Origin: Micrococcales bacterium | GTDB lineage: Bacteria > Actinomycetota > Actinomycetes > Actinomycetales > CAWJMD01 | NCBI GenBank assembly: GCA_002748415.1 | Contig: PDSI01000147.1 | Span: 13,852-77,851, forward strand | Length of the DNA stretch: 64,000 bases | Direction of reading: 5' to 3' | Shown: positions 55,055 to 64,000 of the stretch, piece after piece | Layout: each line of letters starts with the position of its first letter | Numbering within the stretch: the first letter of the stretch is position 1 | Position numbers and translations under genes: made by a program | The notes under the pieces: generated by a model | The model's input: only the letters and a program-made list of their open reading frames with translations | Database searches by the model: none | Told to the model about the DNA's origin: nothing

Positions 55055-56173
55055 TCAGCGCAGGCCGACCCGGCGCCGCATCGCTAGGTGCACCAGGGTG
55101 TCGACCAGTTCCCCGTAGGGGACCCCGGCCGCCTGCCACATCCGGGGGAACATCGAGAACGGGGTGAATCCGGGCATCGTGTTGATCTCGTTGACGACGA
55201 CCTGCTCGTCGCCGGTGACGAAGCAGTCCACCCGGGCCAGCCCCTCGCACCCCACGGCCGTGAAGGTCGCCCGGGCCAGCTGCTGCACCCGCTCGGTGAC
55301 CCGGGCCGACAGATCGGCCGGACAGGTCAGCCGCACGCTGTCCTCGTCCAGGTACTTCGCGGAGAAGTCGTAGAAGCTGTGCGCACCGTCCAGCACCTCG
55401 ACCTCACCGGGGGGAGAGGTTCGCGGCGGGCCTGCGTCCAGGTCTTCCAGCACGCCGCACTCGATCTCCCGGCCGGTCACGGCCGCCTCGACGATCACCT
55501 TCGGGTCGTGACCGGTCGCCTCGATGATGGCCGGGCCCAGCTGGTCCGTCGTCTCGACCTTGCTCACCCCCATCGAGGATCCGGCCCTGGCCGGCTTGAC
55601 GAAAACGGGCAGCCCCAGCGGTTCGACCCGGGCCCGGACCTCGTCCGGGTCCCGGTCCCACTGCCCGGGCAGCACCACCGTGTACGGCCCGGTCGGGATA
55701 CCGTTGCCGGCCAGCACCAGCTTCATGTAGTGCTTGTCCATGCTGACGGCGCTGGACAACACCCCGGCCCCGACGTAGCGGATGTCGGCCAACTCCAGCA
55801 TCCCCTGCAAGGTGCCGTCCTCGCCGTAGGGTCCGTGCAGCACCGGGAAGACCACGTCCACCGCGCCCAGCGCCCGGGGTACCTCGCCGGCGGTGAGGAT
55901 GGTCAGGTTCGGTTCCTCGGTGGTGCTCGGCAGCGCCAGTTGCTGCCCGTCGGTGGCGCTGACCTGGGGCAGCGGCCCGTCCCCGTGCAGTTCCCAGCGC
56001 CGCGGGTCGGCCTCCACCGCCAACCAGCTGCCCTCGGGCGTCACCCCGACCGGAACCACCTCGTAGCGGTGTGGATCCAGTGCCCGCATCACCGCCGCGC
56101 CGGTGATGCAACTGATGGCGTGCTCGCTGGACCGGCCGCCGAAGATCACGGCGACCCGGGTTCGTTTCTGCAT
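55055..56173 (-). CDS. ddl: D-alanine--D-alanine ligase
   Basis: FGGRSSEH, HGPYGEDG, KPARAGSS.G, FYDFSAKY, NEINTMPGFT. Confidence 0.98.
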   Translation of the reverse strand: MQKRTRVAVIFGGRSSEHAISCITGAAVMRALDPHRYEVVPVGVTPEGSWLAVEADPRRWELHGDGPLPQVSATDGQQLALPSTTEEPNLTILTAGEVPRALGAVDVVFPVLHGPYGEDGTLQGMLELADIRYVGAGVLSSAVSMDKHYMKLVLAGNGIPTGPYTVVLPGQWDRDPDEVRARVEPLGLPVFVKPARAGSSMGVSKVETTDQLGPAIIEATGHDPKVIVEAAVTGREIECGVLEDLDAGPPRTSPPGEVEVLDGAHSFYDFSAKYLDEDSVRLTCPADLSARVTERVQQLARATFTAVGCEGLARVDCFVTGDEQVVVNEINTMPGFTPFSMFPRMWQAAGVPYGELVDTLVHLAMRRRVGLR

Positions 56174-56271
56174 GATCCCTGACCCTACTGTGCCCCGCCG
56201 GCGGGACCGGGGCGGGGCTCGCCCGCCGGGTCTGCGGGGGCGGGAATACCGGCGTCCCGCTCGTCGCTACG

Positions 56272-56290
56272 ATTGATAATGATTCTCACT
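56272..56290. promoter_or_regulatory. Zur box (Fur-family 7-1-7 operator)
   Basis: ATTGATAATGATTCTCACT, inverted repeat TGATAAT-G-ATTCTCA, AT-rich island upstream of a metal ABC operon, overlapping a TACGAT -10. Confidence 0.8.
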
Positions 56291-56334
56291 GTTGCTTGTC
56301 CGTGCAGCGGGCAGGACCACACGGAAGGGAAACC

Positions 56335-57258
56335 ATGAAGCGCATCGCAGGGCTCGCTGCCGGGGCGGTGGCTGTGCTGGCCGCCGCGGGCCTGACAGGT
56401 TGCGGCGCATCGGATTCCGGCGCCGGGGACGGTCCGGTCGCGGTCGCGACCACGACCATGCTGGGCAGTGTGCTGGACCAGATCACCGAGTGCGCGGGCG
56501 CGGAATCGGCGACGCTGATGCCACCCGGCGCCGACCCGCACGAGTTCGCCCCCTCGTCGGCCCAGGTGGCCGAGATGGCCCATGCCGAACTCGTCGTGGC
56601 CAACGGGCTGGGCCTGGAGGGCGGGCTCAGCGACGCACTGGCCAACGTCGCCGCCGACGGTGTGCAGCTGTACGAGGCCGCCCCGGACCTGGATCCGCTG
56701 CCGTTGGATGCCGAGCACGATCACGGCCGGCTCGACCCGCACGTGTGGCTGGACGTCGCCAGGATGGCGACGGCGGCCAGGAAGATCGGCGGCAAGCTGA
56801 CCGAGGTGACAGGTGAGGACTTCTACACCGCGTGCGGCCGGGAGGTGGCCGAGGACCTGACGGGCACGGATGGTGAGATCAGGCAGATCCTCGGCGAGGT
56901 CCCGGCTGACCAGCGGGTCATCGTCACCGACCACATGGCCTTCGGGTACTTCGCGCAGGCCTACGATTTCGAGGTGGCCGGCACGGTCGTCCCGGGCGGG
57001 TCCACCGAGGGCCAGCCGTCCTCGGCAGAGCTGGCCGAACTGGTCGGGGTCCTCGATGCCGAAGGCGTGAACGCCATCTTCTCCAACACCGCCACCAACT
57101 CTCAGCTGGTGGATGCGGTGGCGGCCGAGACCGGCCGTGCGGTCAGCGTGGTCTCGCTGCACGTCGGGTCGGTCGGCCCGGCCGGTTCGGACGCGGATAC
57201 CTACCAGGGCATGATGATCGCCAACGCGCGGTCCGTCGCCGATGCGCTGGGATCCTGA
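56335..57258 (+). CDS. aztC: Zinc ABC transporter substrate-binding lipoprotein (AztC-like)
   Basis: LTGC lipobox; DPHEF, DPHVW and DHMAFGY His ligands; NGLGLE. Confidence 0.85.
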   Translation: MKRIAGLAAGAVAVLAAAGLTGCGASDSGAGDGPVAVATTTMLGSVLDQITECAGAESATLMPPGADPHEFAPSSAQVAEMAHAELVVANGLGLEGGLSDALANVAADGVQLYEAAPDLDPLPLDAEHDHGRLDPHVWLDVARMATAARKIGGKLTEVTGEDFYTACGREVAEDLTGTDGEIRQILGEVPADQRVIVTDHMAFGYFAQAYDFEVAGTVVPGGSTEGQPSSAELAELVGVLDAEGVNAIFSNTATNSQLVDAVAAETGRAVSVVSLHVGSVGPAGSDADTYQGMMIANARSVADALGS

Positions 57259-57288
57259 GGCGTGCCAGCGCGGCACAATGGTCACGCC

Positions 57289-58116
57289 ATGGATCTGATC
57301 ACCGAACCGTTCACGCTGGGATTCCAGCAACGCGCCCTGGTGGGCGGGCTCGTCGCCGCGCTGATGTCGGCCGTGGTCGGCGTGTGGCTGGTGCTGCGCG
57401 GTATGAGCTTCTTCGGCGACGCGTTCGTGCACGGCGTCCTGCCCGGCATCGCCGCCGCCGTCATGCTGGATTTCTCCCCCTACCTGGGCGCGGTGATCGC
57501 GGCCGCGGTGATGCTGTTCGGGGTCGAGGTGGTGCACCGGCAGACCGCCCTGTCCGAGGACACCGGCATCGGCCTGCTGTTCGTCGGCATGCTCGCCCTC
57601 GGCGTGGTCATCATCTCCAAGTCGACCAGCTACACGGGAAGCCTCACCAGCATCCTGTTCGGGGATGCATTGGGCGTCAGCATCGCAGACCTGCGTGCTC
57701 AGGCGCTGCTGGCGATTCCGGTGATCCTGGCGTCCGTCGCCTTGTACCGGCCGCTGCTGGCGTTGTCGTTCGACACCCACAAGGCCCAGACCCTAGGCAT
57801 GCGCCCGCGGCTGGCCCACGCCGGCCTGCTGGTGTTGATCGGGGCAGCCGTCATCGGCAGTTACCAGGCCGTCGGCACGCTGCTGGTGTTCGGCCTGTTG
57901 GTCGGGCCGCCCGCCACCGCCGCCTTGCTGGCCCGCACGGTGCCCGGCATGTTCGTCTGGTCCGCCGCCATCGCGGTGATCTCGGTGTGGCTGGGACTGG
58001 TGCTCAGCTACCACCTGGGAACGGCCGGCTCGGCGACGATGGCGCTGGTGCCCGTCGTGGCGTTCTTCATCGTGCTGGCCGGTACCCGGCTGCGGGCGTG
58101 GGTGCGTCATGGCTGA
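57289..58116 (+). CDS. aztB: Zinc ABC transporter permease (AztB-like)
   Basis: LRGMSFFGDA..HGVLPG, LFGD, AVGTLLV. Confidence 0.88.
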   Translation: MDLITEPFTLGFQQRALVGGLVAALMSAVVGVWLVLRGMSFFGDAFVHGVLPGIAAAVMLDFSPYLGAVIAAAVMLFGVEVVHRQTALSEDTGIGLLFVGMLALGVVIISKSTSYTGSLTSILFGDALGVSIADLRAQALLAIPVILASVALYRPLLALSFDTHKAQTLGMRPRLAHAGLLVLIGAAVIGSYQAVGTLLVFGLLVGPPATAALLARTVPGMFVWSAAIAVISVWLGLVLSYHLGTAGSATMALVPVVAFFIVLAGTRLRAWVRHG

Positions 58117-58915
58117 CCGGCACGACCAGACACCCGCCCATCCGGGCAGGGACCGGACGGGCTTACTGGCCGAGGGCCGAGACGTGGTGCTGGCCCACGG
58201 CGACCACGTCGCCGTGGCGGCCTCCGCGTTCCGGATCCCGGCCGGTGCGGTGACCGCCGTCATCGGCCCCAACGGTTCCGGCAAGTCCACGCTGTTGCAC
58301 GCGCTGGCGGGGCTGTTGGAACCGCGGTCCGGGCAGCTGACGGTGACCGGTGCCGCCCGACGCAGGCTGGCCTACGTCATGCAGTCGGTCACCGCGCCAC
58401 CTGGCGTTCCCATCACCGTGCGGACCGCCGTGGGGATGGGCCGTTACACCACGCTGGGCTGGTGGCGGCCCCGGGCGCGGGCGGACAAGGAACGGATCGA
58501 CTGGGCAATGCGGCGCCTGGACATCGCCGCCCTCGCCGACCGGCACCTGAGCGAACTGTCCGGGGGGCAACGACAGCGGGTGTTCGTGGCCCAGGGCCTC
58601 GCCCAGGAGCACGACGCACTGCTCCTGGACGAACCGTTGACCGGCTTGGACATCGTCTCCGCGCGCACCATCGACGCGATCGTGCACTCCGAGCAAGCGC
58701 ACGGCCACGCCGTCGTGCTGACCACCCACGACCTGGCCGAGGCACACGCCGCCGATCACGTGATCCTGATGAACGGGCGGGTGATCGCCGAGGGGCCACC
58801 TGAGCGGGCGCTGACCAGGCAGAACCTGGAGGTTGCCTACGGGCTCGGCGCGTTGCACGACTCGCCCGTGCACTCCGCCGCCGGCACCGACCGGCGGTTC
58901 CCGGGCGCCTGCTAG
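58109..58915 (+). CDS. aztA: Zinc ABC transporter ATPase (AztA-like)
   Basis: GPNGSGKST, LSGGQRQR, LLLDEP, TTHD. Confidence 0.88.
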   Translation: MADRHDQTPAHPGRDRTGLLAEGRDVVLAHGDHVAVAASAFRIPAGAVTAVIGPNGSGKSTLLHALAGLLEPRSGQLTVTGAARRRLAYVMQSVTAPPGVPITVRTAVGMGRYTTLGWWRPRARADKERIDWAMRRLDIAALADRHLSELSGGQRQRVFVAQGLAQEHDALLLDEPLTGLDIVSARTIDAIVHSEQAHGHAVVLTTHDLAEAHAADHVILMNGRVIAEGPPERALTRQNLEVAYGLGALHDSPVHSAAGTDRRFPGAC

Positions 58916-58931
58916 TGATCACCCGCGCTGA

Positions 58932-58963
58932 CGGATCACTTGCAGGCTCGGATCACTTGCAGG
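58932..58963. repeat. Exact 15-bp tandem duplication CGGATCACTTGCAGG (17-nt period)
   Basis: Copies at 58932-58946 and 58949-58963, spanning the stop codon of the minus-strand gene. Confidence 0.85.
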
Positions 58964-59405
58964 TTCGGCCGTTGGCCGCCAAGGTGGCCACCGCCGGAGA
59001 CAGCGACCCCAGCAGGGCGTCGGCCGACTGCGGTTTGCCGGGCACGCTGACCTCGACGGCGGGCCGTCGCCCGTAGCTGGTGAAGTAGGTGCGCCCGCCC
59101 TCTTCGCGGACCACCCAGTCGACCCCGGCCACCGGGAAACACGGATCCGTGGTGGGGCCGAGCGGGGCGAGGCCGCACCGCAACACCACCTCGCCGTCGC
59201 CCCAGGCCGCGGTGGCCTGTGCGGTCACCTCGCGCCGCGGAGCATCGAGCAGCGTGTCGGTGCCGCGCAGGTCCACCAGCACCCGCGAACAGGCCGGGTC
59301 GGTGGCGAACTCGGCCGGCTCGGTCGGGTAGGCCCGCGAGCAACCGGCCATCGCCACCGCGGCCAGCGCCGCGAACACACCCACAGCCCACCGTGTCACC
59401 GTCAC
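58953..59405 (-). CDS. DUF3515-like lipoprotein
   Basis: MAGC lipobox, DPAC, AAWG, VLRCG, C..V.GVDW, YGR.PAVEV. Confidence 0.8.
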   Translation of the reverse strand: MTVTRWAVGVFAALAAVAMAGCSRAYPTEPAEFATDPACSRVLVDLRGTDTLLDAPRREVTAQATAAWGDGEVVLRCGLAPLGPTTDPCFPVAGVDWVVREEGGRTYFTSYGRRPAVEVSVPGKPQSADALLGSLSPAVATLAANGRTCK

Positions 59406-59407
59406 TG

Positions 59408-59641
59408 CTACACGTGCACGACGGTGCAGGTTACCGTCCGCGTAATCCCTGGCACCGCCTGCACCCGGGTGTAGATCAACTGGCCGAGGTCTTCGGCGTC
59501 CTGCGCGCCCACCTTGACGATCAGGTCGTACGGGCCGGTGACGAAGTCGGTGCTCACCCATCCCGGAATGGCCCTGATGTCCTCGGCCACACCGGCGGCC
59601 TTGCCCACCTCGGTCTGAACGAGTACGTATGCCTGGACCAC
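59408..59641 (-). CDS. Stand-alone Lrp/AsnC ligand-binding domain protein
   Basis: VQAYVLVQTEVGK, VTGPYD, GITRTVTC; GAGGAGG RBS; divergent from thiL. Confidence 0.9.
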   Translation of the reverse strand: MVQAYVLVQTEVGKAAGVAEDIRAIPGWVSTDFVTGPYDLIVKVGAQDAEDLGQLIYTRVQAVPGITRTVTCTVVHV

Positions 59642-59717
59642 GGAAGCCGGCCTCCTCGAGCTATTGGGTGGTTGTGCGGGGCGTAGGTCCCGGCTGGCTA
59701 CGCTACCGTGTCCGGCC

Positions 59718-60773
59718 ATGAGTTGCGGACCGGGCGGCGCCCACACCAGTGCCACGGCTGTTCTGTCTGACCTGGGGGAAGCCGAGCTGCTGCGCCGGTT
59801 GCTGGGCGATGTGCCGGATACGCCGCTGGCTCAGGTCGGGCCGGGCGACGACGCGGCGGTGTTGCGGGTGCCCGACGGCCGGGTGGTGGTGACCACCGAC
59901 ACCCTGGTGCAGGATGTCGACTTCCGCACCGACTGGTCCAGCGCCACCGACATCGGCATCAAGGCGGCGGTGCAGAACCTGGCCGACATCGCCGCGATGG
60001 GCGCCCGCCCGACCGGATTCGTGCTGACCCTGGTGGCCCCGGGCAGTACCGGGGCCGACTGGGCGGTACAGCTGGGGCGGGCCGTCATCGACCGGTGCGC
60101 CGAATCCGGGGCCGCGGTGATCGGCGGTGACCTGTCCAGCGGGTCACGAATCATGGTGAGCCTGACCGTGTTCGGCGACCTCGACGGGCAGCCACCGGTG
60201 CTGCGCAGCGGGGCCCGGCCCGGTGACGTGCTGGCGGTGGCCGGGCGCACCGGCTGGTCTGCCGCGGGGCTGGACCTGCTCGCCGACGAGGCCTTCGCCG
60301 CCCGGGCGGGCGGCGACCCGGACACTGCCGGTGCAGCGCGGGCCGCACTGGCCGCACACCGGCGTCCGGACCCACCGCTGGTGGCGGCTGCCGCGGCCCG
60401 GGCCGCGGGCGTGCACGCGATGATCGACGTCAGCGACGGGCTGGTGCGCGACGCGGGACGGATCGCGACGGCTGGCGCCGGGCAGATCCGGCTGGATCCA
60501 GGGCTGGCGGGCCTGAGTGAACCGGTGCGCCTGCTGACCCCGTTGGCGGCCCACCGGGAAGGGCAACCGGCGTCCGCGCGCCGGATCGCCTCGGAATGGG
60601 TGCTCACCGGCGGGGAGGACCATGCCTTGCTGGCCGCGTTCTCGGCCGATGCCGACATCCCGCCACAGTTCCGGGCCGTCGGCACGGTGGTATCCGGTCA
60701 GGATGAACTGGTCATGCTGACCGGCGGGCAACTCACCCCGGCCGGGCCGGGTTTCGATCACTTCGGTGGGTGA
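59718..60773 (+). CDS. thiL: Thiamine-phosphate kinase
   Basis: GPGDDAAV, TTD, NLADIAAMG, GGD, RSGA, IDVSDGL, GGEDH, FDHF. Confidence 0.95.
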   Translation: MSCGPGGAHTSATAVLSDLGEAELLRRLLGDVPDTPLAQVGPGDDAAVLRVPDGRVVVTTDTLVQDVDFRTDWSSATDIGIKAAVQNLADIAAMGARPTGFVLTLVAPGSTGADWAVQLGRAVIDRCAESGAAVIGGDLSSGSRIMVSLTVFGDLDGQPPVLRSGARPGDVLAVAGRTGWSAAGLDLLADEAFAARAGGDPDTAGAARAALAAHRRPDPPLVAAAAARAAGVHAMIDVSDGLVRDAGRIATAGAGQIRLDPGLAGLSEPVRLLTPLAAHREGQPASARRIASEWVLTGGEDHALLAAFSADADIPPQFRAVGTVVSGQDELVMLTGGQLTPAGPGFDHFGG

Positions 60774-60799
60774 GCGGGCTCAGCCGGGTTGTGGCCGGG

Positions 60800-60985
60800 T
60801 CAGCGAGTGACCTTCCCGGCCTTCAGGCACGACGTGCACACGTGCACCCGCTTGGGGGCGCCGGCCACGACCGCCCGCACCCGCTGGATGTTCGGGTTCC
60901 AGCGGCGCTTGGTGCGCCGGTGGGAGTGCGAGATGTTGTGACCGAAGCCCGGGCTCTTGCCACAGACGTCACAGGTCGAAGCCAC
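60800..60985 (-). CDS. rpmB: 50S ribosomal protein L28 (Cys-containing form)
   Basis: [31 protein letters not shown]...VCTSCLK; AGGAG RBS. Confidence 0.97.
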   Translation of the reverse strand: MASTCDVCGKSPGFGHNISHSHRRTKRRWNPNIQRVRAVVAGAPKRVHVCTSCLKAGKVTR

Positions 60986-61187
60986 GATTACTCCTGAGTT
61001 CACGCGTCGGCGCCGGGTACCACCCGCGCGCAAGGGGCAGGCCCAGGTCGACTGGGCAACCTACCCAGCGTAGCCGAGAAGTCGTCGCAGGCTCAAAACC
61101 AGGGGTAGCCGGTCAGGTACGACCGGGATCGTGACGATACTGCCGAACGGCCCGTACTAGCAGTTTCGAGAGCAGAAAGGATGTGTT

Positions 61188-62798
61188 GTGGGCGGCGCAC
61201 CACCCTCCACCGGACCACCGGCAGCGACGCTGCCCACAACGTCCGAGGAGAGCTGCCTCACCGGAGCCGACGTGATCACCTGGCTGCGTCGCTGCCGCGA
61301 CGTGGTCCAGCTCAGCGCGGCCGCCGTCGACCGGATCAACGTGTTCCCCAGTGCCGACTTCGACACCGGGCAGAACGCCGCTCGCACGCTGATCGAGGCT
61401 CATGCCGCGGCCGCCCGGGTGCACGCCATGGTGGCCGGGCAGGGCGAACCCGGCCATGCCGGAGAGACCCTGTCGGCCGCCGCCCGCGGCGCCCTGCTCG
61501 GCGCGCAGGGCAACGTCGGGGTCCTGCTCAGCCAGTTCCTGCGGGGAATGTCGGACGCCGTCGCCTCCCGGACCGGCATCGATGCGACGATGCTGGCCCG
61601 CGGGCTGACCCGGGCGGAGGCGGACGCGCAGTCGGCGCTGGCGGACCCGCAAAAGGGCAGCCTGCTCAGCATCGCCCAGGCCGCCGGTGACGCCGCCGAG
61701 TTCACCGCGATGTCCGGGCACCGGTCGGTGGCCCAGGTGGCGGCCGCGGCCGCCGAAGCGGGGCTGGCCTGCCTGCCGCGTACGGTGACCCAGCAGCCGA
61801 TGCTGGCGCGCGCCGGCCTGGTGGACGCCGGCGCTTTGCTGCTGGTGCTCATGCTGGAGTGCCTGGTCTCGGTGGCCGAGGGCGCGGACCAGCCGCAGGC
61901 CGATGCGGTGCTGGCAAACTGGGGCGCCGGCATCGATCCGAGGTCCTGCCTGAACACCGATGGCCGCCGTTGCGGCCTGCGGGGCGGGCAGACCGAGCTG
62001 ATCTGCACGCTGGGCGCTCAGCAGGTCGGCGGCCTGGCCGAGCAACTGCGCGATCTCGGCGAGCATGTGGTGGTGGCCGGGACGGCACCGTTGTGGAGCG
62101 TGCACGTGCACACCTGCGAGGTCGAGGCCGTCCTCGAGGTCGTCGGCCGCTTCGGCTCGGTCGAGCAGGTGAGCACCATCGGGTCGGCACCGGCCCAGGA
62201 GCCACCCACCCAGATGTGTGTGGTACTGGCCTACTCCAGCGGTACCGGGCTGACCGAGCTGTACCAGGCCCAAGGCTTCCGCACTTTCACCGACACCAAC
62301 CCGCACGCGATCCGGGACGTGCTCGCCACGGCACTGGGTGCCACCTACGCCGATGGTGTCCTGGTCGTGCTTCCCGGTAGCGCGGAGGTGGCCGGCACGG
62401 TGGCGCAGCTGACCGAGGAGCAGCCCGACGACCGGGTGCGGATGCTGCCGGCCACCGGGCACCCGCAGGTGGTCGCGGCCGCGTCGGTGACCATTCCGGG
62501 CGGGCCGCAGGAGGTCATCGCCACCCTCACCGAGGTCATCCAGGCCACTTCGTGGGCCGGGATCCGGCTGGACGCCGACCTGCTGCAGTTGCCGGACCTG
62601 TTGGCCGCCGAGGCGGCCCAGTTGCACGAAGAGCACCGCCGGCCGGTCGACCTGTGCACCGTGGTGCTGGGCCGCAACGTACCCGCGGTGATCGGCCGGA
62701 TGCTGGGCGACGTGGTGGGGGCCGCGCTGGGCGGGGTCGAGGTGTTCGTCGTCGACGGCGGGCTGACCGACTGGCTGGTCACCATCGGTGTGCAGTGA
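61188..62798 (+). CDS. DAK2-domain protein (FakA/YloV family), divergent
   Basis: INVFPSADFDTG.N, GAQGNVGVLLSQ, VDAGA, VHVHT, VDGG; rpmB-DAK2-recG order. Confidence 0.82.
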   Translation: MGGAPPSTGPPAATLPTTSEESCLTGADVITWLRRCRDVVQLSAAAVDRINVFPSADFDTGQNAARTLIEAHAAAARVHAMVAGQGEPGHAGETLSAAARGALLGAQGNVGVLLSQFLRGMSDAVASRTGIDATMLARGLTRAEADAQSALADPQKGSLLSIAQAAGDAAEFTAMSGHRSVAQVAAAAAEAGLACLPRTVTQQPMLARAGLVDAGALLLVLMLECLVSVAEGADQPQADAVLANWGAGIDPRSCLNTDGRRCGLRGGQTELICTLGAQQVGGLAEQLRDLGEHVVVAGTAPLWSVHVHTCEVEAVLEVVGRFGSVEQVSTIGSAPAQEPPTQMCVVLAYSSGTGLTELYQAQGFRTFTDTNPHAIRDVLATALGATYADGVLVVLPGSAEVAGTVAQLTEEQPDDRVRMLPATGHPQVVAAASVTIPGGPQEVIATLTEVIQATSWAGIRLDADLLQLPDLLAAEAAQLHEEHRRPVDLCTVVLGRNVPAVIGRMLGDVVGAALGGVEVFVVDGGLTDWLVTIGVQ

Positions 62799-62844
62799 AC
62801 GGCCGCGGCCGCGGGCCCGGTACACCCGTGGTATTCATGCTGAT

Positions 62845-64000
62845 GTGACCGATCCGCTGAGCACGCCGCTGCGGACGCTGGTCGCGGGCAAGGGTGCCAC
62901 GCTGATGCGGCAGGCGTTCGAGGTCCACACGGTGGAGGACGCGCTCCGCCATTTTCCGCGCCGCTTCCAACCGCTGGACACCCCGACGCCGCTGGGCGAG
63001 GTGGTGGCTGGGGAGAACGTCACGCTGCTGGCCAGGGTCGTCTCTTGCCACGCCCGGCCGATGCGCCGGCGTCCCGGCTACGTGGTCAACGTCGACGTCA
63101 CCGACGACGTCCACCGGTTGCCGTTGACGTTCTTCGCCGCCAAACGGTCCATCGTGCAGTTCTGGGAGCGCAAGCTGATGCGGCCCGGGCAGGTGCTGCT
63201 GTTCGAAGGCAAGGCCGACGTCTTCAACCGCACGCTGCAGGTCACCCATCCACGGATCATCGAGTTCGGCGAAGACCACGACGTCCCGCCGGTGTTGCCG
63301 ATCTACCCGGCCACCAAAGGGCTGAACACGATGGCGATCTGGCGCATCGTCAAGACGTGCCTGGGCTACCTGGACGGGGAGGATCTGCCCGACCCCGTCC
63401 CGGCCGCCGTGCTGGCCCGGCACCGGCTGCCGGCACTGGGGGAGGCGTTCCGGCTGATTCACACCCCCACCGGGGACGGCTCACACCAGCAGGCCATTCA
63501 CCGGTTCCGGCACGAGGAGGCACTGGCCGCGCAGTTGGCGTTGGCGCAGCGCCGGCTGGCCGCCAAGGCCATGCCCGCGGTGGCTCGCGCGCAGCGCAGC
63601 GACGGGTTGGTGGACCGGTTCGACGCCGGCCTGCCGTTCGAGCTGACCGCGGGGCAGCGGCGGGTGGGCAGGGAGATCGCGGACGACCTGGCCCGTTCGT
63701 TTCCGATGCACCGGCTGTTGCAGGGCGAGGTCGGCTCCGGCAAGACGGTGGTCGCGTTACGGGCCATGCTGGCGGTGGTGGACGCGGGCGGGCAGGCCAC
63801 GTTGCTGGCGCCCACCGAGGTGCTGGCCGCCCAGCACCTGCGCAGCATGCTGGCGTTGCTGGGCGAACTCGGCGACTGGACCCGGCCCGACTCGGTGCAC
63901 CTCACCCTGCTCACCGGCGGGCTGGGGGCAGCGGCGCGCCGGGACGCGTTGCGGGAGATCGAGAACGGCACCGCAGGCATCATCATCGGCACGCACGCGT
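62845..64000 (+). CDS. recG: ATP-dependent DNA helicase RecG, 3'-truncated by window edge
   Basis: Not in the ORF track (no stop in window); reads LRHFPRR, PIYP, LPFELTAGQ, RLLQGEVGSGKT, LAPTEVLAAQH, IGTHA. Confidence 0.95.
   Translation, partial: MTDPLSTPLRTLVAGKGATLMRQAFEVHTVEDALRHFPRRFQPLDTPTPLGEVVAGENVTLLARVVSCHARPMRRRPGYVVNVDVTDDVHRLPLTFFAAKRSIVQFWERKLMRPGQVLLFEGKADVFNRTLQVTHPRIIEFGEDHDVPPVLPIYPATKGLNTMAIWRIVKTCLGYLDGEDLPDPVPAAVLARHRLPALGEAFRLIHTPTGDGSHQQAIHRFRHEEALAAQLALAQRRLAAKAMPAVARAQRSDGLVDRFDAGLPFELTAGQRRVGREIADDLARSFPMHRLLQGEVGSGKTVVALRAMLAVVDAGGQATLLAPTEVLAAQHLRSMLALLGELGDWTRPDSVHLTLLTGGLGAAARRDALREIENGTAGIIIGTHA

Overview
High-GC actinobacterial chromosome segment, mostly conserved core genes: fruR-fruK-ptsH, rarA, alaS-ruvX-mltG-aroE, aroCKB, efp-nusB, bldD, pyrR-pyrB-pyrC-carAB-pyrD-pyrF, mihF-gmk-rpoZ-coaBC-metK-priA-def-fmt-rsmB-rpe-hisE-hisG, glpFK, ddl, thiL, rpmB, a DAK2-family gene and partial recG. 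The main accessory element is a ~12 kb monoderm type IV pilus locus (8.7-20.7 kb) between aroE and aroC. It carries pilT with a long acidic N-terminal extension, pilC, five pilin-like genes, pilD, pilMNO and a PilP-position protein with a collagen-like stretch. No pilB assembly ATPase is present in the window. Four FliA/WhiG (sigma-28)-type promoter motifs lie in its intergenic spaces. Nearby are bldD with an intact c-di-GMP-binding motif, one catalytically degenerate GGDEF protein (RGDEF, I-site kept) and one intact GGDEF protein. Together these suggest a c-di-GMP-gated, stage-specific piliation programme (inference). Also present: an FMN riboswitch controlling a RibXY-like importer, with no rib biosynthesis genes at their usual rpe-hisE position; a PyrR leader; and a Zur-box-controlled Azt-like zinc ABC transporter. 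No rRNA, tRNA, CRISPR array or transposase was recognised. All calls come from reading the sequence; no database searches were run.
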